From Thecamonas trahens ATCC 50062 (lineage: Eukaryota; Protista; Apusomonadida), in contig NW_013657678.1 in assembly GCF_000142905.1 (NCBI RefSeq), positions 62,001 through 126,000 of the forward strand: a stretch of 64,000 bases of DNA, given 5' to 3'. The notes beneath the pieces are model-generated. The model searched no databases. It saw only the letters and a program-made list of their open reading frames with translations, and had not been told where the DNA came from. This document shows positions 9,114 through 18,702 of this stretch, piece after piece (position 1 is the stretch's first letter; each line of letters begins with the position of its first letter). The position numbers were made by a program, and so were the translations under genes.

Positions 9114-12100
9114 ATGGGAAGCAATGAGGACGAGGCGGACATTGACGACATCCTAGACATGCTGTCAGACATGGAGGACGAAGAGGAGGCCGGCGGTGGT
9201 GGCGGCGGCGGTGGTGGTGGCGGCGCTGGCGCTGGCGCTGGCGATGACGACGGGCAGGAGGCCGGTGACGACGACGAGCAGGAGGTCGACGACATCCTCG
9301 GCATGTTTGACGACGACGCGCTTGCGTCGAGCTCAAGTGCTGCAGCCTCGAGTGCAGTGTCAGTGGTCCTCATCGAGGATGCAGACGGCGATGGCGACGT
9401 TGACATTGACGACATCCTGGACGTACTGGACGACGTGGCCGCCGAGCCGGAGGCAGAGCCGGAATCAACAGATGGAGAGCAGGAGGGGGATGTGGTAGGC
9501 ACTGACAACGGCGCCGCTTCTCCCGAGCTGATGCTGGATGGCGAGTTGGCGTCGATGCTGGACGCGATAGGCGCCGGTGAGTCTGGCCCGCTGGTGCCGC
9601 CCGTTCTCGATTCGAGCTCATCGGTCGACGTGGCGCTCGACATCGACGCACTGCTGGCGGAGAGCCTGCGCGGCGCCGTGGACGCGCCATCATCGACCAC
9701 CGACTCAACCGATGAGCTGGAACAAACATTGCGAGCATTTGAGAGTGGGCGAGTGGCCAATCACGACCTCGAGACCGACTCGGACGCGGCTCTTCACGGC
9801 GTTGTCGGCGAGACGCTCGAACACGAGATGGCTGATGCTTCGTTTGCGGCCTTTTTGGACGCGCAGATCGAGGAGCTTGGCGAGTCTGGAAACGTGGAGA
9901 CACCGGTCATTCTTACCGTGGCTGCCTCGGCCGACATTGCTTCGCCAGAACGCGATCCGTTTGCGATCCTCGCCGAATTGGACCCATCGGACGCGAGTCT
10001 CACGACACTATCCGAGACGTTGACCAGTGCGGATGCCTCGAGGGGCTCGGCAGACTTTGAGGTGAGCGATGAGCACTCGTCGTGCTCGACGTGCCACACC
10101 CGGGCCGATGCGCTGCTATCGGAGATGTTCCCGTCGACCGACACTGCCTTGCAGGAGTCTGGCGAGCTAGCCGGGGCTGGTGAGTCAAGCGGCGACTGGG
10201 TGGAGGACGGGGAAGGGCTGTTTGAGGGAGAAGGTGAGGTCGAGTATGTTGAGGAAGTGGTGTACGTCGACGAGGACGGCGATGTGGTGGATGCGGAAGG
10301 GGTAGACGAGGGCGAGGTCGAGTATGTTGAGGAAGTGGTGTACGTCGACGAGGACGGCGATGTGGTGGATGCGGAAGGGATGGACGAGGGCGAGGTCGAG
10401 TACGTGGACGAGGTGGTGTACGTCGACGAGGACGGCGACGTGGTGGATGCGGAAGGGGTGGACGAGGGCGAGGTCGAGTATGTTGAAGAAGTGGTGTACG
10501 TCGACGAGGACGGCGATGTGGTGGATGCGGAAGGGATGGACGAGGGCGAGGTCGAGTACGTGGACGAGGTGGTGTACGTCGACGAGGACGGCGATGCGGT
10601 TGAGCAGGAGCCTGAACCCGAAACAAGACTAGAGCCCACTCCCAAGTCCTCTCCCGAGCTCGAGCTCGAGCCCGAGCCCGAATCCAAGCCCATAGTTAAG
10701 ATCGCGCAAGCTTGTACCCCTCGCCACGATCCCACCCCCTCCCCGCCCCCATCCGCCCACAATTCCCCGCCTCGCTCGCCTCATGTCGAGCCCACCATAT
10801 CCTTCTCGACCGACGATGTTGCGCAGCTACTCGCCGAGCCGAGCGTTGAGAGCGACGACATGGTTTCTGGCTCCAACGAAGAGTGCAGCGAGCTCTCGCT
10901 TGGCGATCTCGTCACCATCACGCCTTGTCCGCGCACGCCTAGTTCATCGCCGCCGCCGTCGCTCTCTCCAGTCCCTCGCCAACCGCCGTCAGCATCGTCT
11001 TCGCCAGAACCCGAGGCACAGCCGCCGCAATCGCTCCTCCTCGATCTCGCGAACGCGCACACCTCGGCCTCTCCAGCATCGGCGTCGGCATCGCCATTGG
11101 CAACAGACAATGACACGCCATCGGCGCAGCCGTGGCACACAGTAGAGTCGCAGGCTGCCGCCGCCGTCCGCCGGCTCGACTTTCGCTCCCAAGGCTCGCT
11201 CTCGCTGGAGCAGACCGAGTACCTGCTTGTGCTTCTCAAGTACCCGACAAGCACCGCCCCAAGCGAGGCAGTGGCCCTCACCCGGACTGAGTCACGTCGG
11301 TTCACCAACAGCGACGCGGTCAGTGTCGTCATGGCTGTTGTCGCTGCCTTTGATCCCTCAGTCGTCGCCGCTCTCCACGACGGCATCGACGAGCTCGAGC
11401 ACTCGGGCAAGCTCTACGAGCTGGATGATCTCACTGCCCATGCCAGCCCCACGCCGCCGCTCACGTCGTACGACTACGACTACGAAGAGGTATGGACCGA
11501 GGTATCGGTCAACGAGACTCCGCTCTCATCCGCCAACCCGCCACAGCCTGCAGCCGGGATCCAGCCCGCGCGTGAGGTCGCCGTCCAGGCCGCTCTCGAT
11601 CCGCCGCCGCCACAGCGTCCGCCAGTCCGCAGGCCGCCCTCGCTACTGTATCTTGCCGAGCAGCATGCGCGGCGCCGCAAGGCCGAGGCTGCTGCCGCCG
11701 CTGCGCTCCGCGAAGCCACGCTCCGCACGCTCCAGCTCGCAGACACCGAGGCCGCCCTCCAGGCCTCGGCGCGCAGGCAGGCCATCCTCGAGCGTGAGCT
11801 GCAGCTCTCACAGCGGATCCTGGCGCAAACGCTGCCGCCGCCGCGCCCAGTGCGTCCAGCTTCAGACTCAGTGCCTCCAGTCCCGGAGCAAGCCCGCCGC
11901 GCCGGCCTGCCGCCGATCCCGTTTACCGCCGCCGGTCCGCTCGTCGTCCGCGATCGCAAGCGCTACGGCCCTGACGTCCGGGTCACGCATCCGCTCTGGC
12001 CACAAGCCGCCGCTGAGGAAGAGGCTGAGCGTCGCCGGCGAGCCAACAACATTGCCCGCCGAGCAGCGCTCATCGCCAAGGTCGAGACGCTGGTGGGCAC

Positions 12101-12128
12101 CAGGCAGAGCGCGGCCGGCCAGCGCTGA
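9114..12128 (+). CDS. Large acidic low-complexity protein with 26-aa tandem repeats and a C-terminal coiled coil
   Basis: 1004-aa ORF; D/E-rich; DIDDILD motifs; EGEVEYVEEVVYVDEDGDVVDAEG(V/M)D x5. Confidence 0.75.
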   Translation: MGSNEDEADIDDILDMLSDMEDEEEAGGGGGGGGGGGAGAGAGDDDGQEAGDDDEQEVDDILGMFDDDALASSSSAAASSAVSVVLIEDADGDGDVDIDDILDVLDDVAAEPEAEPESTDGEQEGDVVGTDNGAASPELMLDGELASMLDAIGAGESGPLVPPVLDSSSSVDVALDIDALLAESLRGAVDAPSSTTDSTDELEQTLRAFESGRVANHDLETDSDAALHGVVGETLEHEMADASFAAFLDAQIEELGESGNVETPVILTVAASADIASPERDPFAILAELDPSDASLTTLSETLTSADASRGSADFEVSDEHSSCSTCHTRADALLSEMFPSTDTALQESGELAGAGESSGDWVEDGEGLFEGEGEVEYVEEVVYVDEDGDVVDAEGVDEGEVEYVEEVVYVDEDGDVVDAEGMDEGEVEYVDEVVYVDEDGDVVDAEGVDEGEVEYVEEVVYVDEDGDVVDAEGMDEGEVEYVDEVVYVDEDGDAVEQEPEPETRLEPTPKSSPELELEPEPESKPIVKIAQACTPRHDPTPSPPPSAHNSPPRSPHVEPTISFSTDDVAQLLAEPSVESDDMVSGSNEECSELSLGDLVTITPCPRTPSSSPPPSLSPVPRQPPSASSSPEPEAQPPQSLLLDLANAHTSASPASASASPLATDNDTPSAQPWHTVESQAAAAVRRLDFRSQGSLSLEQTEYLLVLLKYPTSTAPSEAVALTRTESRRFTNSDAVSVVMAVVAAFDPSVVAALHDGIDELEHSGKLYELDDLTAHASPTPPLTSYDYDYEEVWTEVSVNETPLSSANPPQPAAGIQPAREVAVQAALDPPPPQRPPVRRPPSLLYLAEQHARRRKAEAAAAAALREATLRTLQLADTEAALQASARRQAILERELQLSQRILAQTLPPPRPVRPASDSVPPVPEQARRAGLPPIPFTAAGPLVVRDRKRYGPDVRVTHPLWPQAAAEEEAERRRRANNIARRAALIAKVETLVGTRQSAAGQR
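10230..10598 (+). repeat. Coding tandem repeat, 78-bp unit, about 4.7 copies
   Basis: gagggcgaggtcgagtatgttgaggaagtggtgtacgtcgacgaggacggcgatgtggtggatgcggaaggg repeated. Confidence 0.95.
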
Positions 12129-12160
12129 CCGCTGCGCGGGCACACTCGGCTCCGGCTGTC

Positions 12161-13585
12161 ATGGCCCCCAGACGTGCACGCCCCGCGTCAGGCGCCCTCA
12201 AGCCGCACTTTAGCCTCACTCTGGCACTCGTTCGTAAAGCGCTTCTCCGGTTTGGCCGCGTCGCTGGTGCTGCCTTTGCCCTCCGTGGCGGCCTTGCCCT
12301 CCTAGCTGCGCTCCTTACCCGTGCCACCGCCCCCAACCGTGCCCTCGCCTCGCTCCGCGGCCTGGTCGGCGTCCTTGCCCCGGCTGCCCGCCTTGGCCTT
12401 GCGCTGGGTGGCTACTCGGCTGCAACTTCGCTCGCGGCGGCATCAACCAAGAGCCTGGCTGTGCAGGCCGCGACTGCTGGTGTGACCGCGGCCACAGCGC
12501 TCACTGCCTTTGATCAGGAGACTCGCGTCTCGGCCATGCTCTACCTCGGCGTCCGAGTCGCCCAGGCCGGATACAATGCGCTCGCGTGTGTTGAAGAGGA
12601 GGAATCGCATCCGCCTGCCGGGCAGCCAGAGGCTGAGGGCTCGGCGATGGGCGGCTCGCTGCTGTTTGCGCTTGCCTCGGCGCAGGTCATGTTTGCGGCG
12701 CTGGTCTACCCGTCATCGCTCCCGCGCTCGTACTACGCCTTCATCCGGCGGACCCAACCAATAGCGACGCCGATTCTTGAAGCTGTCCGCGCCAATCTCT
12801 GGAGCACGGATGTTGATGCCGGGGCGGTTCTCGCCTACGTAGCCGACTCGGGCGGTGATCTCGACGACCTCGCCCGGGCGTCCAAGCTTCTGTCGGACCC
12901 GCTGCCGTGCGGCATTCCGTGCGAGCTGCTACATCCCGAGCGCCCACAGTGCAGTGTCCAGTTTGCTCACACTGCGTTCAAGGCGGCAAAACGGGCGCTG
13001 CCGCTGTACGGCGGGCTCAACCTTGTGGCGCTCCTCTTCCGGTACAAGAAGCTGATGGCTGCCCCAGGCGCGACGCTGTGGCGGACGGTCAAGAGCGTGG
13101 TACGATCGACGGCCTTTCTCACCGGCTTTGTCTCGCTCTTTATGGCTGCGGTGTGCACCCACCGGCGGCTGGGGCTCGCTGACTCGGGTGCGACGTACTT
13201 CTTGTCAGGCCTTATCTGCTCGGCGGCGATCCTGATCGAGGCGCCGTCACGGCGGACCGAGCTGGCGCTGTACGTCCTACCGCGGGCGGTCTCGTCGGCC
13301 TTCTGGATCCTTGTCCGGCACGGGTGGCTGCGTGCATTCCCACGTGGAGAGATTGCGCTCTTCGGCGGCGTCATGGCCACGCTGCATGCGGTGTACCTTG
13401 CGCGGCCGCGGCTGTTGGCTCCGGTCCTGCGGGCGATCTTCAGGACGCTGCGGGTCGGGGCTCACTTTGACAAGGCGCAGCCTACCGTAACCTCGGGCAC
13501 GCGTCCTCACATCATGAGTGGGAAGAGAATGTTGATGCCCCCGGATGGCGGGCTGGCATCGGCGTCAGCATCGGCGTCGGTGTAG
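12161..13585 (+). CDS. TMEM135: TMEM135/PMP52-like multi-pass membrane protein
   Basis: IPCELLHP..C, ALPLY, VRSTAFL, IEAPSRRTELALYVLPRA motifs. Confidence 0.8.
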   Translation: MAPRRARPASGALKPHFSLTLALVRKALLRFGRVAGAAFALRGGLALLAALLTRATAPNRALASLRGLVGVLAPAARLGLALGGYSAATSLAAASTKSLAVQAATAGVTAATALTAFDQETRVSAMLYLGVRVAQAGYNALACVEEEESHPPAGQPEAEGSAMGGSLLFALASAQVMFAALVYPSSLPRSYYAFIRRTQPIATPILEAVRANLWSTDVDAGAVLAYVADSGGDLDDLARASKLLSDPLPCGIPCELLHPERPQCSVQFAHTAFKAAKRALPLYGGLNLVALLFRYKKLMAAPGATLWRTVKSVVRSTAFLTGFVSLFMAAVCTHRRLGLADSGATYFLSGLICSAAILIEAPSRRTELALYVLPRAVSSAFWILVRHGWLRAFPRGEIALFGGVMATLHAVYLARPRLLAPVLRAIFRTLRVGAHFDKAQPTVTSGTRPHIMSGKRMLMPPDGGLASASASASV

Positions 13586-14442
13586 TCGTTAGAGTCCGAG
13601 TCCGAGTCCGAATCCGAGTCCGAGTCTGAATCCGAGTCCGAATCGGATGCTTCGGGCGATGGCTTGCGAGGGACAATGACAAACGGCGGGGGTGAGGAGG
13701 CAAATTGGACCGACTTGGATGCGGCACTACCGTCAGCGTCGGGCTTGGACGTGCTCGGCTTACGCAAGATCGGCCGTAGCGGTGTTCCGCTCGGGTTGGT
13801 GGGCTTGTACGTCTTGATGGGAGAAAAGTCGGGCGTGTACGACTCGACCGAAGTGTTGGGATCGACGTCCTCCTTGCCGGCATCAGAGGCCGGCTCGGCA
13901 GAGTCGGGCTTGGGCGCGTCGCCCTGCAGCCGCTGCTCCAGTGCACGGCGCTCGCGCTCGAGCGCCTCACGGCGAACCCGCAGTGCCTCCTTGCGCTTAG
14001 CGCGCTCGCCCTGCAGTCGCTCGAGCTCGATCCGGCGCTGCTCGACCATCGTGCGCGCGCGGGCGAGCGCCTCGGACGTGGGCGTGGCCGGGGTCGGAGT
14101 CGGAGCCGAAGCGCGGGCAGCCTTTCGCGGCGGAGTCGCCGGCTCAGGTGCCTCCTCTGAGTCCGGGCCCGACCCGCGCAGCTTGGCAATGGTGTGCTGG
14201 AAGACCTCGCACTGAGTGCACTTGGTCCGCTCCCTGTCGGCGCGCAGCTTAGCTATAGTCGCCTTGGCCTCGCGCAGCTCGGCCCGTAGCTCGGCGCATG
14301 TCTGGACCAGCTCGGCGGATTCGCGGGCGGCAAGCTCCTCGGCATGCGCCTTGCGCACCGCAGCCAGCTCTCTCTGCAGCGCCTCAATTTGTGCTGCAGG
14401 TACCATCCGCAGCGGCGGGGTGGCCGTCGGACCGCGTGCCAT
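13507..14442 (-). CDS. Hypothetical coiled-coil protein with an (SD)n tail
   Basis: Heptad E/R/L/A stretches; CxxC; start codon uncertain. Confidence 0.6.
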   Translation of the reverse strand: MARGPTATPPLRMVPAAQIEALQRELAAVRKAHAEELAARESAELVQTCAELRAELREAKATIAKLRADRERTKCTQCEVFQHTIAKLRGSGPDSEEAPEPATPPRKAARASAPTPTPATPTSEALARARTMVEQRRIELERLQGERAKRKEALRVRREALERERRALEQRLQGDAPKPDSAEPASDAGKEDVDPNTSVESYTPDFSPIKTYKPTNPSGTPLRPILRKPSTSKPDADGSAASKSVQFASSPPPFVIVPRKPSPEASDSDSDSDSDSDSDSDSDSNDYTDADADADASPPSGGINILFPLMM

Positions 14443-14828
14443 CGGGCTGCGGCCAAGATGCGGCGACCGCGGCCCGAGCGCTGTCACCCAAATCGATTCA
14501 ACATTTTCGCAGCAAGTGAGTCACGCAACACCACCAACTCCACACCCGCTCTAGCACGTCTGGCCCTCCCGTAACCTACGCATATGTATAGGTGAAGATG
14601 CTTGCATGTGTCAAAGTATCAATTCTCTTGCTAGTTAAGAGCTTTGGATAGAGCAAGTCGAGTGTGGCGTGCCGTGCGTGGCGGCGACGACCAGCAGCCG
14701 TTGGCCGGATCGAATGCCCCAGACCGTTGGATGGCCACGAACGTTCCTACGAGGACACCAACGATTAACGCCAGTTATGACCCCGACCCAACGATTATCA
14801 CAACGAGCACACCCCCCTCCCCCCCCGA

Positions 14829-15251
14829 NNNNNNNNNNNNNNNNNNNNNNNNNNNNNNNNNNNNNNNNNNNNNNNNNNNNNNNNNNNNNNNNNNNNNNNN
14901 NNNNNNNNNNNNNNNNNNNNNNNNNNNNNNNNNNNNNNNNNNNNNNNNNNNNNNNNNNNNNNNNNNNNNNNNNNNNNNNNNNNNNNNNNNNNNNNNNNNN
15001 NNNNNNNNNNNNNNNNNNNNNNNNNNNNNNNNNNNNNNNNNNNNNNNNNNNNNNNNNNNNNNNNNNNNNNNNNNNNNNNNNNNNNNNNNNNNNNNNNNNN
15101 NNNNNNNNNNNNNNNNNNNNNNNNNNNNNNNNNNNNNNNNNNNNNNNNNNNNNNNNNNNNNNNNNNNNNNNNNNNNNNNNNNNNNNNNNNNNNNNNNNNN
15201 NNNNNNNNNNNNNNNNNNNNNNNNNNNNNNNNNNNNNNNNNNNNNNNNNNN
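14829..15251. other. Assembly gap
   Basis: N run following a poly-C tract. Confidence 1.
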
Positions 15252-15319
15252 GGCATTGGACCCGAACCGTAACTTACTACCAACTACAACCGAACGACAC
15301 CACCCGCCTGCTCGGCCTG

Positions 15320-15775
15320 CGGCTTGAGGTGAGACGCGCGCCCGTACGTGATGGCGGCCGACACCACCACCACGCTGACGCGAGTCCACGACCCGCCATG
15401 GCTCGTGTGGCTTTTCTCCACGACATCATCGACACCCTCGCTGCCAGCGCCGACGCTGTCAGCTCCGCGCCGTCGCGCAAGCGGAAGCGTCCCTCTGAAG
15501 CGGCTGCTCGTCATCACCACTCTCCCCAACAAGCCGTTGCGACGCGACTGCCTCGCCTGCCGGAAGCTTCATAGTAAGCGATCGATCGCGGCCGCGGACC
15601 TTTTGCGCCGCGTGCGGCGTCCATCCCTGCATCACCGACTATTTTCTGTGGTGGCAGCCATGAACACATTGTTCTACTCTTTTTGCAACAATTCATGGAC
15701 GTTGCGACGTCTGCGGAGCGTCGCCGGAGCGCGGCTTGCGCGATGGACAAATTTGTCCATTCCGTACCGTAAAGG
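15320..15775 (+). mobile_element. Degenerate piggyBac-family copy (3' transposase remnant plus right terminus)
   Basis: MARVAFLHDIIDTL..SRKRKRP..[fs]RRDCLACRKLHSKR[fs]PRTFCAACGVHPCITDYF; the last ~110 bp are near-identical to 5846-5956 and end in CCGTACCGTAAAGG; no TTAA. Confidence 0.8.
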
Positions 15776-15947
15776 CGCCGTAAAGGCGCAAACTACGATT
15801 ACAGCATCGTTGCCACAATCATAGGCCGTTGCTTCGGCCAAGCCGTTGCTTCGGCCAAGACCACCGCACTCCACGCCACCCACCACCCCACCCACAGCCA
15901 CAGCCACAGCCAGAGTCACAAACCCACACAGTCATACAGCACACATC

Positions 15948-17087
15948 ATGTGGGGACGCAGACGACAGGGGCGAGTGCCTACGCCCTACTTTCCGCCAAC
16001 CGAGTCCGAGGCGAGCTACTCGGGCCGAGGCGGCTACTCCCGTAGTGGCAGCGGGTATGGTTACGGGCATGGCTATGATGATGACGATGGGTATGATGGT
16101 GGATACGATGGGTACTCGGAGGGGAAGAGCTCATCGTTGGAAGTCTTCAACTCGCAAATCGATGAGTGGTCGGATCCGGATGGTCTTCCCCACCGCACGG
16201 CAGGCGCCAAGGAAGCGCCCACAGAGGTGGTCGAGTCGGTTGTCACCTCGCGTCCGTACCTTGTCCTCGCTACTGCCCTTCTCCTCCTCGCATGTCTTGT
16301 TTTTACACTCGTTGCCCTCTTTCTCCGCGGCTGGGTCAACATCGATCTCCGCCTGCTGGCAGAGGCCGGCGATGGTGGGAGCGTGCCTCCCGGTGGTGGC
16401 ATCGCCTCGCCGCCGCCGCCGTCGCCGCCGCCGCCGTCGCTCCTCATCTCGACGTCGACGAGTAGCAGCGCCACCGCATCCTCTACCAGCAGCAGCAGTA
16501 GTAGTAGTGGTGGTGGTGGTGGTGGCTCATCTGGTGGCGAGCAGCTTGTGCTTGCGTACTCTGTCAACATCCGGTTTGGCCTCGCCCAGTACTCAATCGA
16601 CTCGACCTGGGCTAACCGCAAGGTCGTCAAGCCACTGGCAGGTGCGGGCGACTCGTTGCCGCTTGATGAAATGATGCCGGATCCAAGCAAGTCTGCCATG
16701 TCTATCGATGGGCTGCGAACCGGCGGCGGCATTGCCTTTGTGCTCGGCTGCGTGGCGGTCGTCGCCAACGTCGGCGCGCTGCTGCTGGTGTGGTACCTGG
16801 CGCGGCGAGTGACGCCGACCCGGATGGCCAACATGCTCACGCCGCAGCGCCCGCTCACCGCCTACGCCGCCTGCCTCTGCCTTCTGGCGGGTATGTGCCA
16901 ACTCGCGGCGCTCATTGTGTACGTCGCGCTCGCCCGCGACGACATCGATCCGACGTCCGGCACCTTTGGCGCCGGCATGGCGTGCGCAGCTGCCGCACTT
17001 GTCGGCTACTTTGGTGCATGTATGCTGCTCATTCTTCTCACTCTCGTTCAGCGGAAGAAGACCGGCCGTGCGAGCGTCGAGTGGTAA
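15948..17087 (+). CDS. Four-TM protein with claudin/PMP22/SUR7-like topology
   Basis: TM1 followed by W, a long loop containing FGL, then three clustered TMs with TFGAG before the last. Confidence 0.6.
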   Translation: MWGRRRQGRVPTPYFPPTESEASYSGRGGYSRSGSGYGYGHGYDDDDGYDGGYDGYSEGKSSSLEVFNSQIDEWSDPDGLPHRTAGAKEAPTEVVESVVTSRPYLVLATALLLLACLVFTLVALFLRGWVNIDLRLLAEAGDGGSVPPGGGIASPPPPSPPPPSLLISTSTSSSATASSTSSSSSSSGGGGGGSSGGEQLVLAYSVNIRFGLAQYSIDSTWANRKVVKPLAGAGDSLPLDEMMPDPSKSAMSIDGLRTGGGIAFVLGCVAVVANVGALLLVWYLARRVTPTRMANMLTPQRPLTAYAACLCLLAGMCQLAALIVYVALARDDIDPTSGTFGAGMACAAAALVGYFGACMLLILLTLVQRKKTGRASVEW

Positions 17088-17136
17088 AAGCAGCGAGCGC
17101 CACGAGATTAGACAAGGGATGTTTAACTGGGCACGC

Positions 17137-18044
17137 TTACTGCGCAGCAAGCGCCTCGGCACGGACCGCGGCCTCGGCCTCGGCGTTGGCTGCCTGGATC
17201 TCTTCGGCAGTCATGCCGGTGGCGGTGGCCGGCGGCGGGACAACGTCAAACGTCTCGGCCGTCCACTGGAGAGTCGGCTCGGGCACAACCGACGCCGACT
17301 CCTCAGAGTACGTCTCGGCAACGACAGACGTGTAGCGACCATGGACCACGGCGCCGTGGTCAAAGGTAAACTTGCCGACCGCCGTCGGCTTGTCGGCCAC
17401 CCACGAGCCGGTGTAGTTGTACTTGGCGCCCGGGTGGATCCACTGGCCGGCGCCATCGCGGGCACCGCGGACCCACTGGCCCTCGTAGCGCGAGCCCGAG
17501 TCGCCGTAGGTGTAGACGCCTGCGCCCCAACGGAGGCCCTGTCGCCACTGGCCCTCGTACGAGTCGCCGTTGGGGTATGTGTACTTGCCGCGGCCCTCAC
17601 GAGCATCGTTCTCCCACTCGCCCACATACACCGCACCGTCCGGGTAGAAGAACGTGCCCTCGCCATGCTTGCGGCCCTTGACATACTCGCCCTCATACCG
17701 AGCCCCGTTGGCGTACGTGTACTGCCCACGTCCATGCCGCTCACCCTCGTAGTACTCGCCCTCGTACACGTCAAAGAGGCCAGAACCATCGTTATGCGGC
17801 AGCGTCGCCCGGCCTTTGCCATGCCGCGCCCGCGTCGTCGGGTGTCTCTCGCCCTCGTACTCCTACACCAGGAAGCACACCATTGTGAGTAGTGGCACAT
17901 GCACGCATGTGTAGGGGAAGGGGAGGGGAGGGGAAGGGGGGTGGGGGAGGAGGGGAGGGCGGTGGAGGGGAGGGCGGTGGTAGCTGTACGTACGCCCAGG
18001 TCCGGAGTCCCGTCGTACGACTCGTTGCCGTCCTGCCAGTCCAT
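17137..18044 (-). CDS. RSPH1: Radial spoke head 1-like MORN protein; exons 18044-17994 and 17862-17137
   Basis: GTACGT...TGTAG intron (17993-17863) joins MDWQ...DLG to EYEGER..RHGKGRATLP; MORN repeats ending ..GKFTFDHG..HGRY. Confidence 0.85.
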
Positions 18045-18702
18045 GGTGTGTGTGTAAGCGGAGTGGGAGGGGGGGGAGGGGGGATGGGGTCTTGGGGGGA
18101 AAAGGTGTAGTGTGGAGGTGGCTCTGGTTTGGGTTGAGAGCAGTGGCTGGTGGGTGGGGACGTTGGCGTCGCCGTTGTGGAGCGGGTCGGCGTTTGGCTG
18201 AGAGTCAGCAAACCGCCAGTGGCCGGGCCGAGTGCGGAGCAACGGTCGGGTTGGCGAGCGCGGGGAGAAGCGGGCAGGTCGATCACGGCATACCGTGACC
18301 CCCCCCCCTCCCCCCCACAGACCATGACAACGACCAATCAAGCAGCCAATCAACGGCAGCATCATTTTTTGCAAATATTGGACAACAGCCTCCCCTCCGC
18401 CCCTCTCTCCCCCGCTGAGAGTGGCTTCAACCGCGGACCGAGCATTCCTTGACTCCCTGCTGCGGGAAGGAGCAAGAGTCACACAGACATCGCCGTCGTA
18501 GCCAAGGCACGACATTACGGCTGAGCTACTGTCTCACGCAAAGTCTACCACGCACACGCACACGCTCGCTCGCCCCTCCTGCCCCCCCCCCCCCCCCCCC
18601 TTCCCCCTACCCCCGCACTTCACGCTTTGGCTGGTGGTGGAGCCCCTGTGAACGCGTGGGTGCGGGTCAACGCAGACAGCCAGGGCACTTGGAGGAGCAT
18701 CT

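Noticed and set aside
1285-10598. Both coding arrays share a 78-bp period
   Set aside because: The unit sequences are unrelated, so this is treated as coincidence.
14644-15574. ORFs spanning N runs (also around 21.8, 32.7 and 51.2 kb)
   Set aside because: Artefacts of translating through assembly gaps.
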